Source: Paraspadella gotoi
Lineage: Eukaryota; Animalia; Chaetognatha
Assembly (NCBI GenBank): GCA_051294375.1
Contig: JBJCIZ010000624.1
Span: forward strand, 1 to 25,127
Reading direction: 5' to 3'
Length of the DNA stretch: 25,127 nt
The position numbers were made by a program, and so were the translations under genes. The notes beneath the pieces are model-generated. The model worked only from the letters and a program-made list of their open reading frames with translations, ran no database searches and was not told the origin of the DNA. Positions 11,200 to 22,704 of the stretch are shown here, one piece after another (within the stretch, counting starts at the first letter, position 1; every line of letters begins with the position of its first letter).

Positions 11200-11615
11200 T
11201 TGTTGAACAATATTTAACTAGTTAGATTATACATACATATATATATCATTAATTGATTAAAATAGGTTTCAATCTTTGCCCGTTTGCGAGAATATATTAA
11301 CAAGCTACGACGACAAAAACAAAATAATTTTCAAACCAAGTTTAAAAAACCCAAATACTAACCTTTTAAAATTGCTTTAAATATTTACTTTTACAATTAT
11401 TTATATTCTTTATATTCATAAAAAAGAAGAGAAAAGGACGACGACAAAAACAACAACAAAAAAACAACAACAACAACGACGACGAGAGAAACGGTAGGAA
11501 TTCTGGTCGACATTGGATGCGATAAATTTTTGCGGTCGAACGAATAAAAGGGAATCAAAGCGAAGAAAATGAAAAAAAAGTCTTTGCCGTCGATTTGGAA
11601 ATTCTTTTTTTTTAT

Positions 11616-12089
11616 GAGTTACTCCGCAGGGTATGGCTCTCTTTTCCAAAATATCCCCATTTCTGTTTCTTAATCCCTAAATTTAATTTTTATTTTATAT
11701 TTAAATCTCAGGATTTTCTTTCAGCACGTGATGAAGATTCAAAAAAAAAAAAGGGTCAAAACATGTTCATTGTTGGTAAACAAATAAACTTTGTTTTTTG
11801 TATTTAAATATAATCTATTACCATTATTTAATTTTAATTTAAAAATTAAATCTTAACCATAAAGTAATCCTTAACCTTAACCTAATGTTTAATCTTTAAC
11901 GCTCACATCAACTTAAGTTCATAACCAAAATCATTAACCTAATCCATAATCCTAATTAAATTATTTAATTATTCTCTAATTTAAATTTTTAAAATAATCT
12001 TTAAACTTAAAAATTAAGTTAATTCTAAGTTTAAAGTGAAATGGGGCGTTTTGGGAAATTGAGGCCAAGGGGGCTTGCGGAGCCGACTC
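11616..12089. mobile_element. MITE-like element 2 (~475 bp) with ~50-bp imperfect TIRs
   Basis: Left GAGTTACTCCGCAGGGTATGGCTCTCTTTTCCAAAATATCCCCATTTC vs reverse complement of the right end, GAGTCGGCTCCGCAAGCCCCCTTGGCCTCAATTTCCCAAAACGCCCCATTTC. Internal TAACCT repeats. The left TIR is shared with element 1. No clear TSD. Confidence 0.65.
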
Positions 12090-12183
12090 TCTGAGTTTGT
12101 TTGTCCCACATATTATTAAAACCTATACGCATATTACCTGACCACTGACCAGTCCAAAAGCTGACTATTCAGTCCTTCAACTA

Positions 12184-12282
12184 TTCATTCATTCATTCAT
12201 TCATTCATTCATTCATTCATTCATTCATTCATTCATTCATTCATTCATTCATTCATTCATTCATTTATTCATTCATTCATTC
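12184..12282. repeat. (TCAT)n microsatellite
   Basis: ~24 near-perfect units; a noisier, longer counterpart lies at ~16441-16612. Confidence 0.97.
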
Positions 12283-12431
12283 CCTCGTTTATTCATTTTC
12301 TTCGCGTCATGTAAAAACTTTTTAATTTTGAAAGGAAAGAAAGAAAATACAAAAATATATAGATATATTGTTATAAAGAGAGAAGAGGCGATATTTTATA
12401 CTATAAATTATAGCGAAGAAAAATTGAGGGG

Positions 12432-12524
12432 GAAACAAAAAGAGAAAAATACAGAGAGCGAGACATCGAAAGACGAAACAAAAAGAGAAAAATACAGAGA
12501 GCGAGACATCGGAACGACGAAACA
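12432..12524. repeat. 43-bp tandem duplication
   Basis: GAAACAAAAAGAGAAAAATACAGAGAGCGAGACATCG occurs at 12432 and 12475. Confidence 0.9.
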
Positions 12525-12582
12525 GAGTTCCCGGTTTGTTTTTTTGTTGTCGCCGTCGCCTTTGGTTATAATNNNNNNNNNN

Positions 12583-13123
12583 CTAAGTCTGTTCTTGTCA
12601 TTTTTTCTTTCGCTCGGCTTAAATTTAAGAGTCGAGACAGTAGAAGGTTTATCGCCTGAGCTTTGCCTTTCCAGAACAGACGGATGTTTTGGCTCTCTTT
12701 TTCAAAAGCGCTCCATTTCTGTTTCTCGATCTTAACAAGCAACGTGTTTATTTTTATTAAAACCTATTTCGACTCATGATTTCAAGTTTTGACCAAAAAT
12801 AAAAATCGAAAAATGTTTTAATAAAAATATATTCATTTTTTATAAATAATTTAATTATATTTTTACTAATCTCAAACATAAAAAAATTTACAAATTCAAC
12901 TTTAATATAAAACTAATTAACTATAATCTAATTTAAAACCTAAAATATAATCCTTAGTCTTAATTTCCAACCTTACTCTTATTTAATTCCGAATTTTAGA
13001 TAAAATGGGTCATTTTGAAAATATAAGGCTGATCCTTTTCTTTCTTTTCGAGTCTTTCTCGGTAGATCGAATATTGATTCTCCGTCGGACGCATAAAAAA
13101 GAAAATCGAAAATATTCTTTTTC
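12583..13123 (+). repeat. Gap-bounded third copy of 10615-11165
   Basis: Starts CTAAGTCTGTT (cf. CTAAAGTCCTGTT at 10615), ends AAAATATTCTTTTT (cf. ~11150-11165), and is colinear in between. Confidence 0.93.
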
Positions 13124-13148
13124 NNNNNNNNNNNNNNNNNNNNNNNNN

Positions 13149-14295
13149 TCTTTTTAAAATTTTTTTCTTTTTCTTTATATTCATCTTTTCTTTAACTCGG
13201 CCTTCGTTGATTAATTTTTATGGTACAACAAAAATAATTTTTTCTGCTTCCCCCTTAGTTTCCTTTTTCTTTCTTTTTTCTTTTTCCTTCTTTACTCTCA
13301 GTCCTATCTCCTTGCACTTGCTTCCCTCCTTCAACTTTCCAGCTGAGATTTCGTGTTATGCTGTTTGCCCAAATCTTTTTCTTTCTTTCTTTCTTTCCTT
13401 TCTGTTCTTTTCCCTTTCTTTCCCTTTCTTTCTTTCCTTTTTTCCTTCTTTTTTTTTTCTTTCTTTCTTTTCTTTCTTGCTTTTCTTTTCTTTTCTTCTG
13501 TTCTTCTTTCATTTTCATTTTTTTTATTTTTCCTTTCTTTCATTTTTTTCCTTTCTTTTCTTTTTTCTTTCTTTCTTTCTTTTTTTCTTTCTTTCTTTCC
13601 TTCATTCCTGTTCTTTCTTTCTTCTTTTCCTCTTTCTTTCTTTCCCTTCCTTTTTCCCTCTTTTTTTTCCTTCTCTTGTATCTTTCTTCCTCTCCTTTTT
13701 GAAGCAATCTTCCTTTGTTGTACAGGGTTCTGTCTTTACGAGCCGTCTTTTCCTCACCTTTTTCACTCCCACATGAATACACCTAAACCTCACCTTAAAC
13801 CCTCACTCTCCCCCTCACTCCACGCCCACCTTGGACCCTACGTCACTTTCCCCCACCCACCTCATTACCTAAATGTTATAACTCATGTATTAGTCATATA
13901 TTTCTTTCCTCTTTCCTTTTCCTCCTGCCCACTCAGTGGGTCTCCCTTTTTTATTATTTATTTCTTATCCTACATTCCTGTTATCCTTTTTATCTCCTTT
14001 CCTTTCCTCTTTTTTCATCCTCCCTCCTTTACCCGTTCTCATGCATCTACTCATCTCTCCCTTCTCTTCCTACTTCCCTTACCCATCTCCCCCTTTCCTT
14101 TCCTCTTTCCTGTGACTCCCTCATTCCTCCCTCCTCCACCTCCTTCTTACCTTTCCTCTCCTATCCTCCTCTTTTTTCCTCCCCCTCCCTCTCTCTTCAC
14201 CTTCCTCTTTCCCCCCTCCTCTCTCCCTCTCTCCACCTCCCCCTTACCTTCCTCTTCCTCCCCCTCTTCCTTCCCTCATCCATCTTTCTCTTTTA
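13149..14295. repeat. ~1.1-kb polypyrimidine low-complexity tract (CTTT-rich grading to CCT-rich)
   Basis: Overwhelmingly C/T on +; this produces the spurious 318-aa and 189-aa F/S/L/P ORFs. Confidence 0.9.
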
Positions 14296-14324
14296 AACAT
14301 CATATATAACTATTTTATATTCTT

Positions 14325-16905
14325 CATCTCGTTCGTCACATTTTTTCATGGAGAATGAATCAAAATGATTCATAAGCTGTATCAATTAAGGCAAAATAAC
14401 GACTGTGAAAAAAAGGACCCCTTCTTTTTCACCGTTTCACCGTTGACCGTTAAGCCAAATATTTTTCTTTAGCCAAGTTCTTAAGTACGGCCAAATTTCC
14501 CGGTCATTGCTCACGGCGCGATTATTCGTGGTAAATATGGAAATCGGCATAGCATAAGTTCACCCCCGTACCTAGAAGCATACGATCTTCAAGTCCTTGA
14601 CCCGCCTAGGACACTCATGATGGTTAAAGCCTATACCAGGGCCAACTCGTTGCTCAACTAAAGTCCTGTTTTTCGTTTTCCCTCAGCTTTAAATTAAGAG
14701 TCTCGAGACAGTGCTGTAGAGAGTTTTCATCGCCTGAGCTTTGCGCTTCACAAACAGCGCACGAAAAATGTTATTGGCTCTCTTTTTCAAAAGCGCCTCC
14801 ATATTCCTGTTTTCCTATCTTAACCAAAGCAACGTGTTCTGATTTTATAAACCTATTTCGACTTCATTGATTTCAAGTTTTGACCGACAAACAAATATAA
14901 AAAATGCGAAAAAAGGAAGATAAAAAATGTTCAAAAAAGGAAAAGAAGGAAAAAAAAAAAAGAACTATAAAAGCTCGAAAAAGGGAAGAAAAAAAAAAGG
15001 TTAAAAAAAATATAATTTCAATTTTTATAAAATAATTTTTAATTTTATATTCTTTTACTAATCTCAAACATTAAAAAAAATATATCAAATTTCAACTTTA
15101 ATTATTAAACTAAATTAAAAAAACTATAATCATAAATTAAAACCTTTTAAAATATAATCCTTAGTCTAATTTTCCAACCTTACTTCTTATTTAAATTCCG
15201 AATATTTTTTGAGTAAAATGGTCATTTTGAGAAAAAATATTAAGGGCCCTGATCCTTTTCTTTTCTTTTCGAGTTCTTTCTCCGGTAGATCGAATATTGA
15301 TTTCTCCGTCGGACGGCAAATCAATAAAAAAAAAAAATCGAAAAATATTCTTTTTGTGTAAGAACGTCCCGGGCTTCGACTCTCGCCGGTCCTTGTTGAA
15401 CAATAGTTTAACTAGTTAGCATTATACATACATATTATATATATTATATTATTAAAATAGGTTTCAATCTTTGGTTCGAGAATTATTTAACAGCACGACG
15501 ACAGAAAACAAAATATAATTTTCAAAACCACAGTTAAATAAAAAAACCCAAATCACTACCTTTTAAAAGTTGACTTTTAAGAATATTTACTTCATACAAT
15601 TATTTATATTCATCTATTCATAAAAAATAAAGAAGAGAGAGAAAGGACGACGACACAAAAACAACAACAAAAAAACACAACAAACAACAATGACGACGAG
15701 AGAAAAAAACTGGGAGGATTCTAGGTACACTATATGGGATGGGCCAGATAACTTTTTGCGGTACCGACGAAGAATAAGGGAAGGGAAAATCAAGCGAGAA
15801 AAGAAATGAAAAAAAGTCTTTTGCCCGTCGATTTGGAAAAATTCTTTTCTTTTTATGATTACTTCCGCAGGGTATGCTGCTCCTCTTTTCCAAAATATCC
15901 CCATGTTTTCTGTTTTTATCCCTAAATTTATATTTTATTTTATATTTAAATTCAGGATTTCTCTTTCCAGCACGCTGAATGAAGATCAAAAAAAAAAAAG
16001 AGAGTTCAAAACATGTTCATTGTTGGCGTAAACAAATAACTTTGTTTTTTGTATTTAAATATAATCTGATTACCTATTTATTTAATTTTAATTTAAGAAA
16101 TTAAATCTTAACCATTAAATATGCTTAACCTTAAGCCTAATGTTTAATCTTTAAACGCTCACACAAACTTAAGTTTATAACAAAAATCATTACCTAATCC
16201 ATAATCCTAATTAAATTATTTAATTATTCTCTAATTTAAATTTTTAAATAATCTGCTTAAACTTAAAATTAAGTTAATTTATAGTTTTAAAAGTGAAAAT
16301 GAGGCGTTTTGGAATTCGAGGCGCAAGGGCTTGCGAGGCCGACTCTCTGAGTTTGTTTGTCCCACCATATTATTAAAAACTATCCATAATTACCTGACCA
16401 CGACCAGTCAAAAGCTGACTATTACGTCCTTTTAACTCTATTCATCATTATCATTCATTCATTCATTCATTCATTCATTCATTCAGTTCATTTACTTCAT
16501 TCCATTCATTCATTCATTCATTCATTCATTCATTCATCATTCATTCATTCATTCATTCATCAATCTCATTCATTCAATCATTCATTCATTATTTATTCAG
16601 TTCATTTCATTCCCTCGTTTAATTCATTTTCTTCGCGTCGTAATGTAAAAACTTTTAATTTTGAAGGACAAAGAAAGAAAATACAAAAATATATAGATAT
16701 ATTGTTATAAGAGAGAGAGGCATATTGATACTATAAATTATAGCGAATGAAAAAATTAGGGGGAAAACAGAAAGAGAAAAATACAGAGAGACGAGACTCG
16801 AAAGACGAAACAAAAAGAGAAAAATAACAAGAGCGAGACATCGGACGACGAAACAGAGTTCCCGTTTGTTTTTTATGTTGTCCGCCGATCGCCTTTGGTT
16901 ATAAT
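14325..16905 (+). repeat. Insertion-rich copy 2 of 10306-12572 (probable gap-fill artefact)
   Basis: Colinear over the full length but 2581 vs 2267 bp, differing mainly by scattered small insertions. Confidence 0.95.
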
Positions 16906-16964
16906 CCGCCTTTGGTTATAATCGTTGATTTTTATGTTGTTGTTGTTTTCAGTATAACAGTTGT

Positions 16965-17120
16965 TGTGGTTATTGTTTCTGTTTTCATTGTTCTAGTTTT
17001 TGTGGTTACTGTTTCTGTTTTCATTGTTCTAGTTTTTGTGGTTACTGTTTCAGTTTTCATTGTTTTAGTTGTTTTTGTTATTGTTTCAGTTTTTATTGCT
17101 ATATTTGTTGTGGTTATTTG
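16965..17120. repeat. 36-bp minisatellite, ~4 units
   Basis: TGTGGTTA(T/C)TGTTTCTGTTTTCATTGTTCTAGTTTT repeated; seen as the 12-aa repeat in ORF 16912-17124. Confidence 0.9.
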
Positions 17121-17736
17121 TTAAAGTAGTTATTGTTTTGAGTCATTGTCCTTTCTGTTATTGTTTTTGTTTTCTTGTAGTTGTCGTAGATATTTTTTTT
17201 TATGTTTTCGTTTTTGTTTTCCGTTTTTCTCGTTGTTGTTTTGGTTGTTGCTAAAAATTCATGAAAGAGGAAGAAGAACTATTTTCCTCCACATTTTCCA
17301 CCCACGACATAAAAACAAAGAACAGGAGGAAAGAATCTCAAAGAGAATATGAGAGAGTGTTAGGTTTAGTACTAAACCTAGGTGGGGCCTATCACTTTGT
17401 ATGACTAAGCATTGTAGACGTGTTTTACAGTTTAGCATCAAATATTGTTGTAATATAAAGGAAGTCATAAACATTTAAAACTAAGCAAGTGTCCAAACAT
17501 CAAAAGCAAAAGTAAGGAGCCGTAAAGTAGCCAAAAAAAAAAGAATCCGCTTGACTGTAAAACAGATTATATAACTTATTAACTTATTTATATAACAAAA
17601 AAGAACGCAACTGGACAGAGCACAACATAATATTCAACTCTTAAAATCTCTAAATTTTACAGGAACAACAGCAAATCCAGTAAAACCACATCAAAGGGAA
17701 AAACTACCATTTTTAAAACGAAAATCTTTCTCTTGA

Positions 17737-17790
17737 AGCAGCGACAGCAGCAGCCGCCGCCGCCGCCGCTGCCGCCTCTGCCGCCGTCGT
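17737..17790. repeat. (CAG)n-(CCG)n trinucleotide run
   Basis: GCAGCGACAGCAGCAGCCGCCGCCGCCGCCGCTGCCGCC. Confidence 0.85.
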
Positions 17791-18239
17791 CCCTCCAGCG
17801 TACAAAAGCGGGGAAGAAGGAGCAGCAGCGATAGAATAGGCGGTCCTGGAGTGGCAACGCTGAAGTTTTGGTGCTGGAGTGGCTGTGTTGTAATTTCACC
17901 GCTGGAGTGATGGCGAAGCAGTTTCGGCGCTGAAAGAGGAGAGAGATTTGACTGTCTCACTTCAGTCACGTCAACGCCATCATGTTATTTACTCTCTTCT
18001 CTGCTTGATTATAAATCATACTAAAACTCCCGTGAGTGCACGATCTACAGTATACAAATATCTTAATTGATTCTTCTAATAACTATACTTCTCTCTATTA
18101 CTCCACAACAGGAGACACGCAAAGCACATATAAGATGGTAGGTAGCAGAGAGAAGAGGTTGGATGTAGGAAGAAGTATAAAAAGAGAGAGATGTAAGAAT
18201 ATGTTGACAAACCTAAAATAAAATACGAGGTGCTACCTG

Positions 18240-18925
18240 GCTGATCCACCCATACCTTCTTCAGCATCATAGATAGAAAATATTTTTCTAGTTTGACTCT
18301 ATGAGTATCGTTCTTCCCAGGCTCTTCATGGTTTTCTTTGGGATAACTCTTTCATCTTTTCCTGCCCGCGTCTCTAAATCTCTTCTTCGACGCTCGCTTC
18401 TTCACTCTCTGGGAAAATCCTTCTCGGCTCTGCCGCATCCTCTTCTCTACGTTATTCCTCTCCTTTACATTGGCAGTCGCTATACTCGAACCACTTGCCT
18501 CTCACCGTATAACATGTCTTCGTCTTCTTCCTACCACTCACACCAAGCATTCGTTACTCTGTTTTCGCGCGCTGTATTCCATCAAGCTTCTTATTGTGGC
18601 AGTTCCATTACATCAACCCGGTGGGTCTTTTCTTTTCTTACTTTCTCTCTCTTTCCAGACAATCTGTTGCTATTTCAGTGTATTCCAGAGTTGGGCTAAT
18701 TTTATCGCCTGTTTGCCCGTCCGTTTTTCGTTCGGCTTGGCGTGACGGCGGTGCTGAGAAATGTTTCTTGCCACTTCGGCTTCCCGACAATCATACCGCA
18801 CCTCAGTGGCGGCCTCTTCCTTTTCTTGTTCCTTTTTCTTTCAACCCGCTTGGCATCATCAGGTTCCTTCTCGAAAGGTCTTCTTGTGTTGGCATTCCTA
18901 CGCCCGCGTAGGTTCCCCACGTTTT
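18240..18925 (-). mobile_element. Degenerate RTE-clade LINE, RT C-terminal half
   Basis: Minus-strand motifs occur in RTE order across indels: NLR..ANT, DDAKRVERKRNKK (cf. SKKVGLKINxKKTK), FLSTAVT (cf. YLGQxI), NRR/IKLA (cf. EINRRI), P-LM-GTAT (cf. PVLTYGxETW), KKLDGIQRA..E*RMLGVS (cf. KLxVTQRAMERxMLGVS), FPRE. The catalytic F/YADD is not recognisable. Confidence 0.62.
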
Positions 18926-19664
18926 CAATCCGCTGCCTTTTGTGCGGGGTTGAATCGTCGGCTGATTAGCAATGACAGTCTCGCCCTCTCGCCCTTGACG
19001 ACCGTTTTCGTCTTTCCAAGCCTCTCTTTCTTTCTCTTCTTCTCTTCTCCCTCTCCATGCTCTTGCTGGTTCTCGCTCATCACTCCTCGTCTTCTCTCTG
19101 TTCCTCTCTTCTCTCTCTCTCTCCTCTCCATCACTCTTCTTTTGGGTTGTCGTTCTGTTTTCCTTTCTACGGGTTTCTCGGAGATTTTCTTTTCACTTTG
19201 TTTTGGTTTTTTCCTTTGATTGTTTCTTTTTCTGTTTTTTTTTTTTAGTTAACAATTCTCGTTAAAAATCTTTTTTTTTCGATTCTTCAACTTAAACGGC
19301 CACGGTCCGGTAAATGTCCGGGTCGGGGTCCGTCTTCTGGGGAAATACCTCCCCGGGAAAATTAGNNNNNNNNNNNNNNNNNNNNNNNNNGGTAAGTTAG
19401 GGCGCTGAAGTGATGGTTAGTAGAGTTCCGGCGCTGGAGTTGTGGTGTGGCGCGCGTTATTGTGCGTGCTAGGAGCGGCCACGCTGAAGTGATGGCGCTT
19501 GCGTTCTGCACTGCATTCTTGCGTGAAGTGATGGCGGCTGGAGGTTCACCAGAAAAGTGCGCGGCGTGGCTCGGTTCTGACGTCGGAGTTAATGAGGCCG
19601 CAATCCGAGAAAAAGACGCGAAAAGGAAGATAAAAAAGTAGAGTTATCTCAATTTTAAAATTTC

Positions 19665-20111
19665 TTCATGAAATTGGAACAACCAGTTTACAAACTATCA
19701 ATTCCTTTAATAAATAAGCTATCTTGCCCCTGACTTTGGACAGGCTTTGGTGGTTTAAGGCCTCCATCACTCTTACAAGATAATGACATAGCAGGTCCCT
19801 GCAAACTTTCAATCAAGACTCTCTCACAAAAGTATCTGGCTTCCCTCCCTATCAATGAAATGTTATAATATTTCTTAGAATGTTTCAATTTTACTTACTT
19901 CACTCCCTTGTGGATGTGAGGCTGAATGAGCTGAAGACAACTATCCAAATCTTCTTTGACCCCTCAGCTTGAGTGTTTTCTACGACCCCTTGGCGGTATA
20001 CGGTCGTCCTCACGGTTTCCGCTAGGGAATGCGAAGTTGCAATGCCGGTCCCTAATTGTCCTGAGCTTATGCCTTTACCCAATGAGCCAAAGGGTCTCAA
20101 TTGGAAGAGTC
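19665..20111 (-). mobile_element. Copy B (longest) of the coding-derived repeat, probably an L1/Tx1-like LINE RT C-terminal fragment
   Basis: Reads ETLWLIG / VYRQGVV..KKIW / ...CERVLIESLQGPAMSLSCKSDGGLKPPK...DSLFIKGIDSL*, paralleling the Tx1/L1 pattern (EALWLG, YLGV..NW, RxLSxxGR, FxFLWxG, KxEGGLxLP, ALxIKWI). Shares an exact 31-mer, CTGACTTTGGACAGGCTTTGGTGGTTTAAGG (19730-19760), with copies C and D. Confidence 0.5.
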
Positions 20112-20359
20112 NNNNNNNNNNNNNNNNNNNNNNNNNGAGTCTTTCTCTCTCTCGTCTCTCTCTCTCTCTCTCGTCCTCTCTCTTCTCTCTCTGCTGGCTC
20201 ACTCTTCTCTTCTCTCTTCGCGTCTCTCTCCGGTCGGTCTCTCTCTCTCTCCGCTCCTCTCTTCTTTCCTTCTCGCCTCGACGCGCAAGTCATCCGGTCG
20301 AATCGGAGGTCAAAAAACCTCGCGTCCAGAAATTCTGAGAAATCGTTTGTCCAAGCGAG

Positions 20360-20875
20360 CGAGAAGAGGAATGGAGGGGATCAGGGGGGGAGAAAGGGGG
20401 GGAAGAGGGGGAGATGATGAGGTTGGAGAAGGGGGAGAAAGAGATGAAAAAGGAAGACGGAAAAGAGTGAGTATAGGAGAAAAAAGAGAAGAAGATAGGA
20501 AAAGATAATAAGGAGAATCAAGACGGAAGATAGGCGAGGAGTAAGGAGATGAGTGAGCCAGGAAAAGAAAAGAAAAAGGAGAAGCACACGGAGAAGGAGA
20601 AAGAGAATCAAAAGGAAAGTAGTGAGGAGGACGAACGGAGAATGAGTTAGCGAGTTGAAGGAAAAGAAAAAGAAGAAGAGAAGAAAAGTTAGAAAGAGGA
20701 GAAAAGAGGAGAATGAGAATTAGAGAAAGGAGGAAAGAAGAACAGAGAAAAAGTGGATGATGGCGTTTGCGGAATGGGAGGAAGGAAGAGGGAAGAGGAA
20801 GGAAAGGGAAGTCATATGTTGTTGATGATGTGGAAAAGCAATGGGGTAAGAGGAGAGAAAAAGAGTGGAAGAGAC
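20360..20875. repeat. Polypurine (GA/GGA/GAA) low-complexity tract
   Basis: Almost exclusively A/G on +; preceded by a CT-rich tract at 20140-20272. Confidence 0.9.
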
Positions 20876-22704
20876 GTCTCAATGGAAAAAAAAAATTAGG
20901 GAAATTTTTTTTAACAAAAAGAAATGGGGGTCCAGGGGCATAAGGAGAGTATTTTCCAAGTTTGATATGATATATTTTGTCAAAAGAGATCTCGCAATGC
21001 AGTGGAGGGTAGAATTGGCGGGAAGAAAAGATTTGATATGGGAAATCCTGCTTTTATACCGAGTAAGAGATACAAATTGAAAGGGAGAGATAAAAAGAAA
21101 GAGAGGAGAGAAAAGTTGCTTAGAAGATAAAAAGGAAAAAAACAACTAAGTTGGGAGGAGGGAGAAAAAGCCAGGCTCAATAATTCATATATTTTGAGGC
21201 GCAGAAAAGAAAAAAAAGAAAAAGAAAAACATAGGTCCGTAAATAGAGCCGCAAAACAAGTTAGTCAATCATAAAGAGCATGGAGTTTTCATAAAAAACG
21301 GCTTTGTCGACCTATCATTCCTGCCGTATAATATATAGAAATAATTTTGCGGTATAAATATTTAACGTTTAATGCATCGAACATAAGAGATCCCGAGATC
21401 GAATAGCGTCATTTCAGTATCTTTTTAATGTTAAAGACGGCGGTCAAAGCCGGTCAAAAAAGAACAAAGATACAACCGAACTGGCGGATATTCGCGAATT
21501 TTTTCATAAAAAGAGCATCTTTTTGCCGCCGCTGTGAATATCTGACGATGAGTCTTTAGTTTTTTTTTAATAACATATGTAGTTAATTAATATGATTGTG
21601 TCCTATGTTTTATTAATAATTTCATAAATGCTTAATAATTGTTATAAAGTTTTTTAGTTGCTGGCAGATTTGTGATTTCTTTAATAGTTCTTTTCATGGG
21701 TTTTTATAGGGAAAACGATTTCTAGAAACTTAAGTCGCTATGTTTTTTGTTTTGGCTGTACTGAAATCAGTCTGGAATCATGATAATTGGTAAAGAGAAA
21801 TTCATGATAAATATGAATCTTATATAGTACATTAAATATAATTAATATTCTAAATAAAAGATGAAAATATTTAATACAGAAAACATAAATGCATTTAAAA
21901 AGGATTATGATTTGATTCCACCATATTGTTATCGACCTTCTTCTTAAACTATTATTATATTATAGGGCAGATCATTCATTTTCCTATGTTAGCTATAGCT
22001 TGCATTTTTTATAACTATTAATAGGGAGTAATTTAAGGGGATCGAATGGAGTGTTGAGCATTCCATAGTCAATTCCATCACAGCTTATTTTTCAATTATA
22101 AAAAATTATCTCAGATTTTTTTTTTAGTTTTTAGTCATTGTATTATATTATTTTCATTTGTTGTTTGATTTAGGAGACGAAATATAACTTTTTTAATGGT
22201 TAACAATAACGACATAATGTTTTTACAATAAAATATGGACAGTATTTCGAACTAATTGTTAGCTTCATTCGTTGTGTGTTACAATTAAAGGGTATGTTAT
22301 CATATTATCATATTGTTTTTAATCGTAAATTTGTTTACGTCACTTGTTTTCAATCTGGTTGATTGAAGAAATTAAGCAAAAGCAATCTATCATTATTTAC
22401 ATACAAGTAGGTTTGCGATTAATTTTATAATTAATTGGACATGGTTTGATTTAAAAAACTGTATAACAAAGCAATTTTTAAAATTTGGAGAGTTAAGTTT
22501 CCCCTCTCAAAAGTTTCTGTTTCTTTTATAAATGAAAGTAGTTTTTTTGCTTATGACAGAAAATTAAAACAAATTAATAGAGGACAGTTTATTTATACCA
22601 TATTCAAAAATGAGTCCCGGTTCATGTTGCCGTCAAACACAAAAAGGATCCAATGCGTCAATCTATGGTATTTGCTATTCAAATTTAGTTAAATTTTATT
22701 AGAT

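Larger units (their letters stand above)
10306..12572 (+). repeat. 2.27-kb segment, copy 1 (duplicated at 14325-16905; part repeated at 12583-13123)
   Basis: Colinear anchors such as TGATTCATAAGCTGTATCAAT, CCAACTCGTTGCTCAACTAAAGTCCTGTTTTTCG, (TCAT)n and CGCCTTTGGTTATAAT occur in both copies. Confidence 0.97.

Noticed and set aside
11850-11960. Interstitial telomere array (TAACCT-like)
   Set aside because: Few, degenerate units confined within the MITE-like TIRs.
13353-14309. Longest ORF (318 aa) and the other F/L/S- or K/E/R-rich ORFs as membrane or charged proteins
   Set aside because: Pure pyrimidine or purine tracts cannot contain stop codons; several frames are open at once and no domain is present.
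19401-19545. CRISPR-like spaced repeats
   Set aside because: Repeats are only 11-16 bp, degenerate and irregularly spaced; no cas genes; eukaryotic context.
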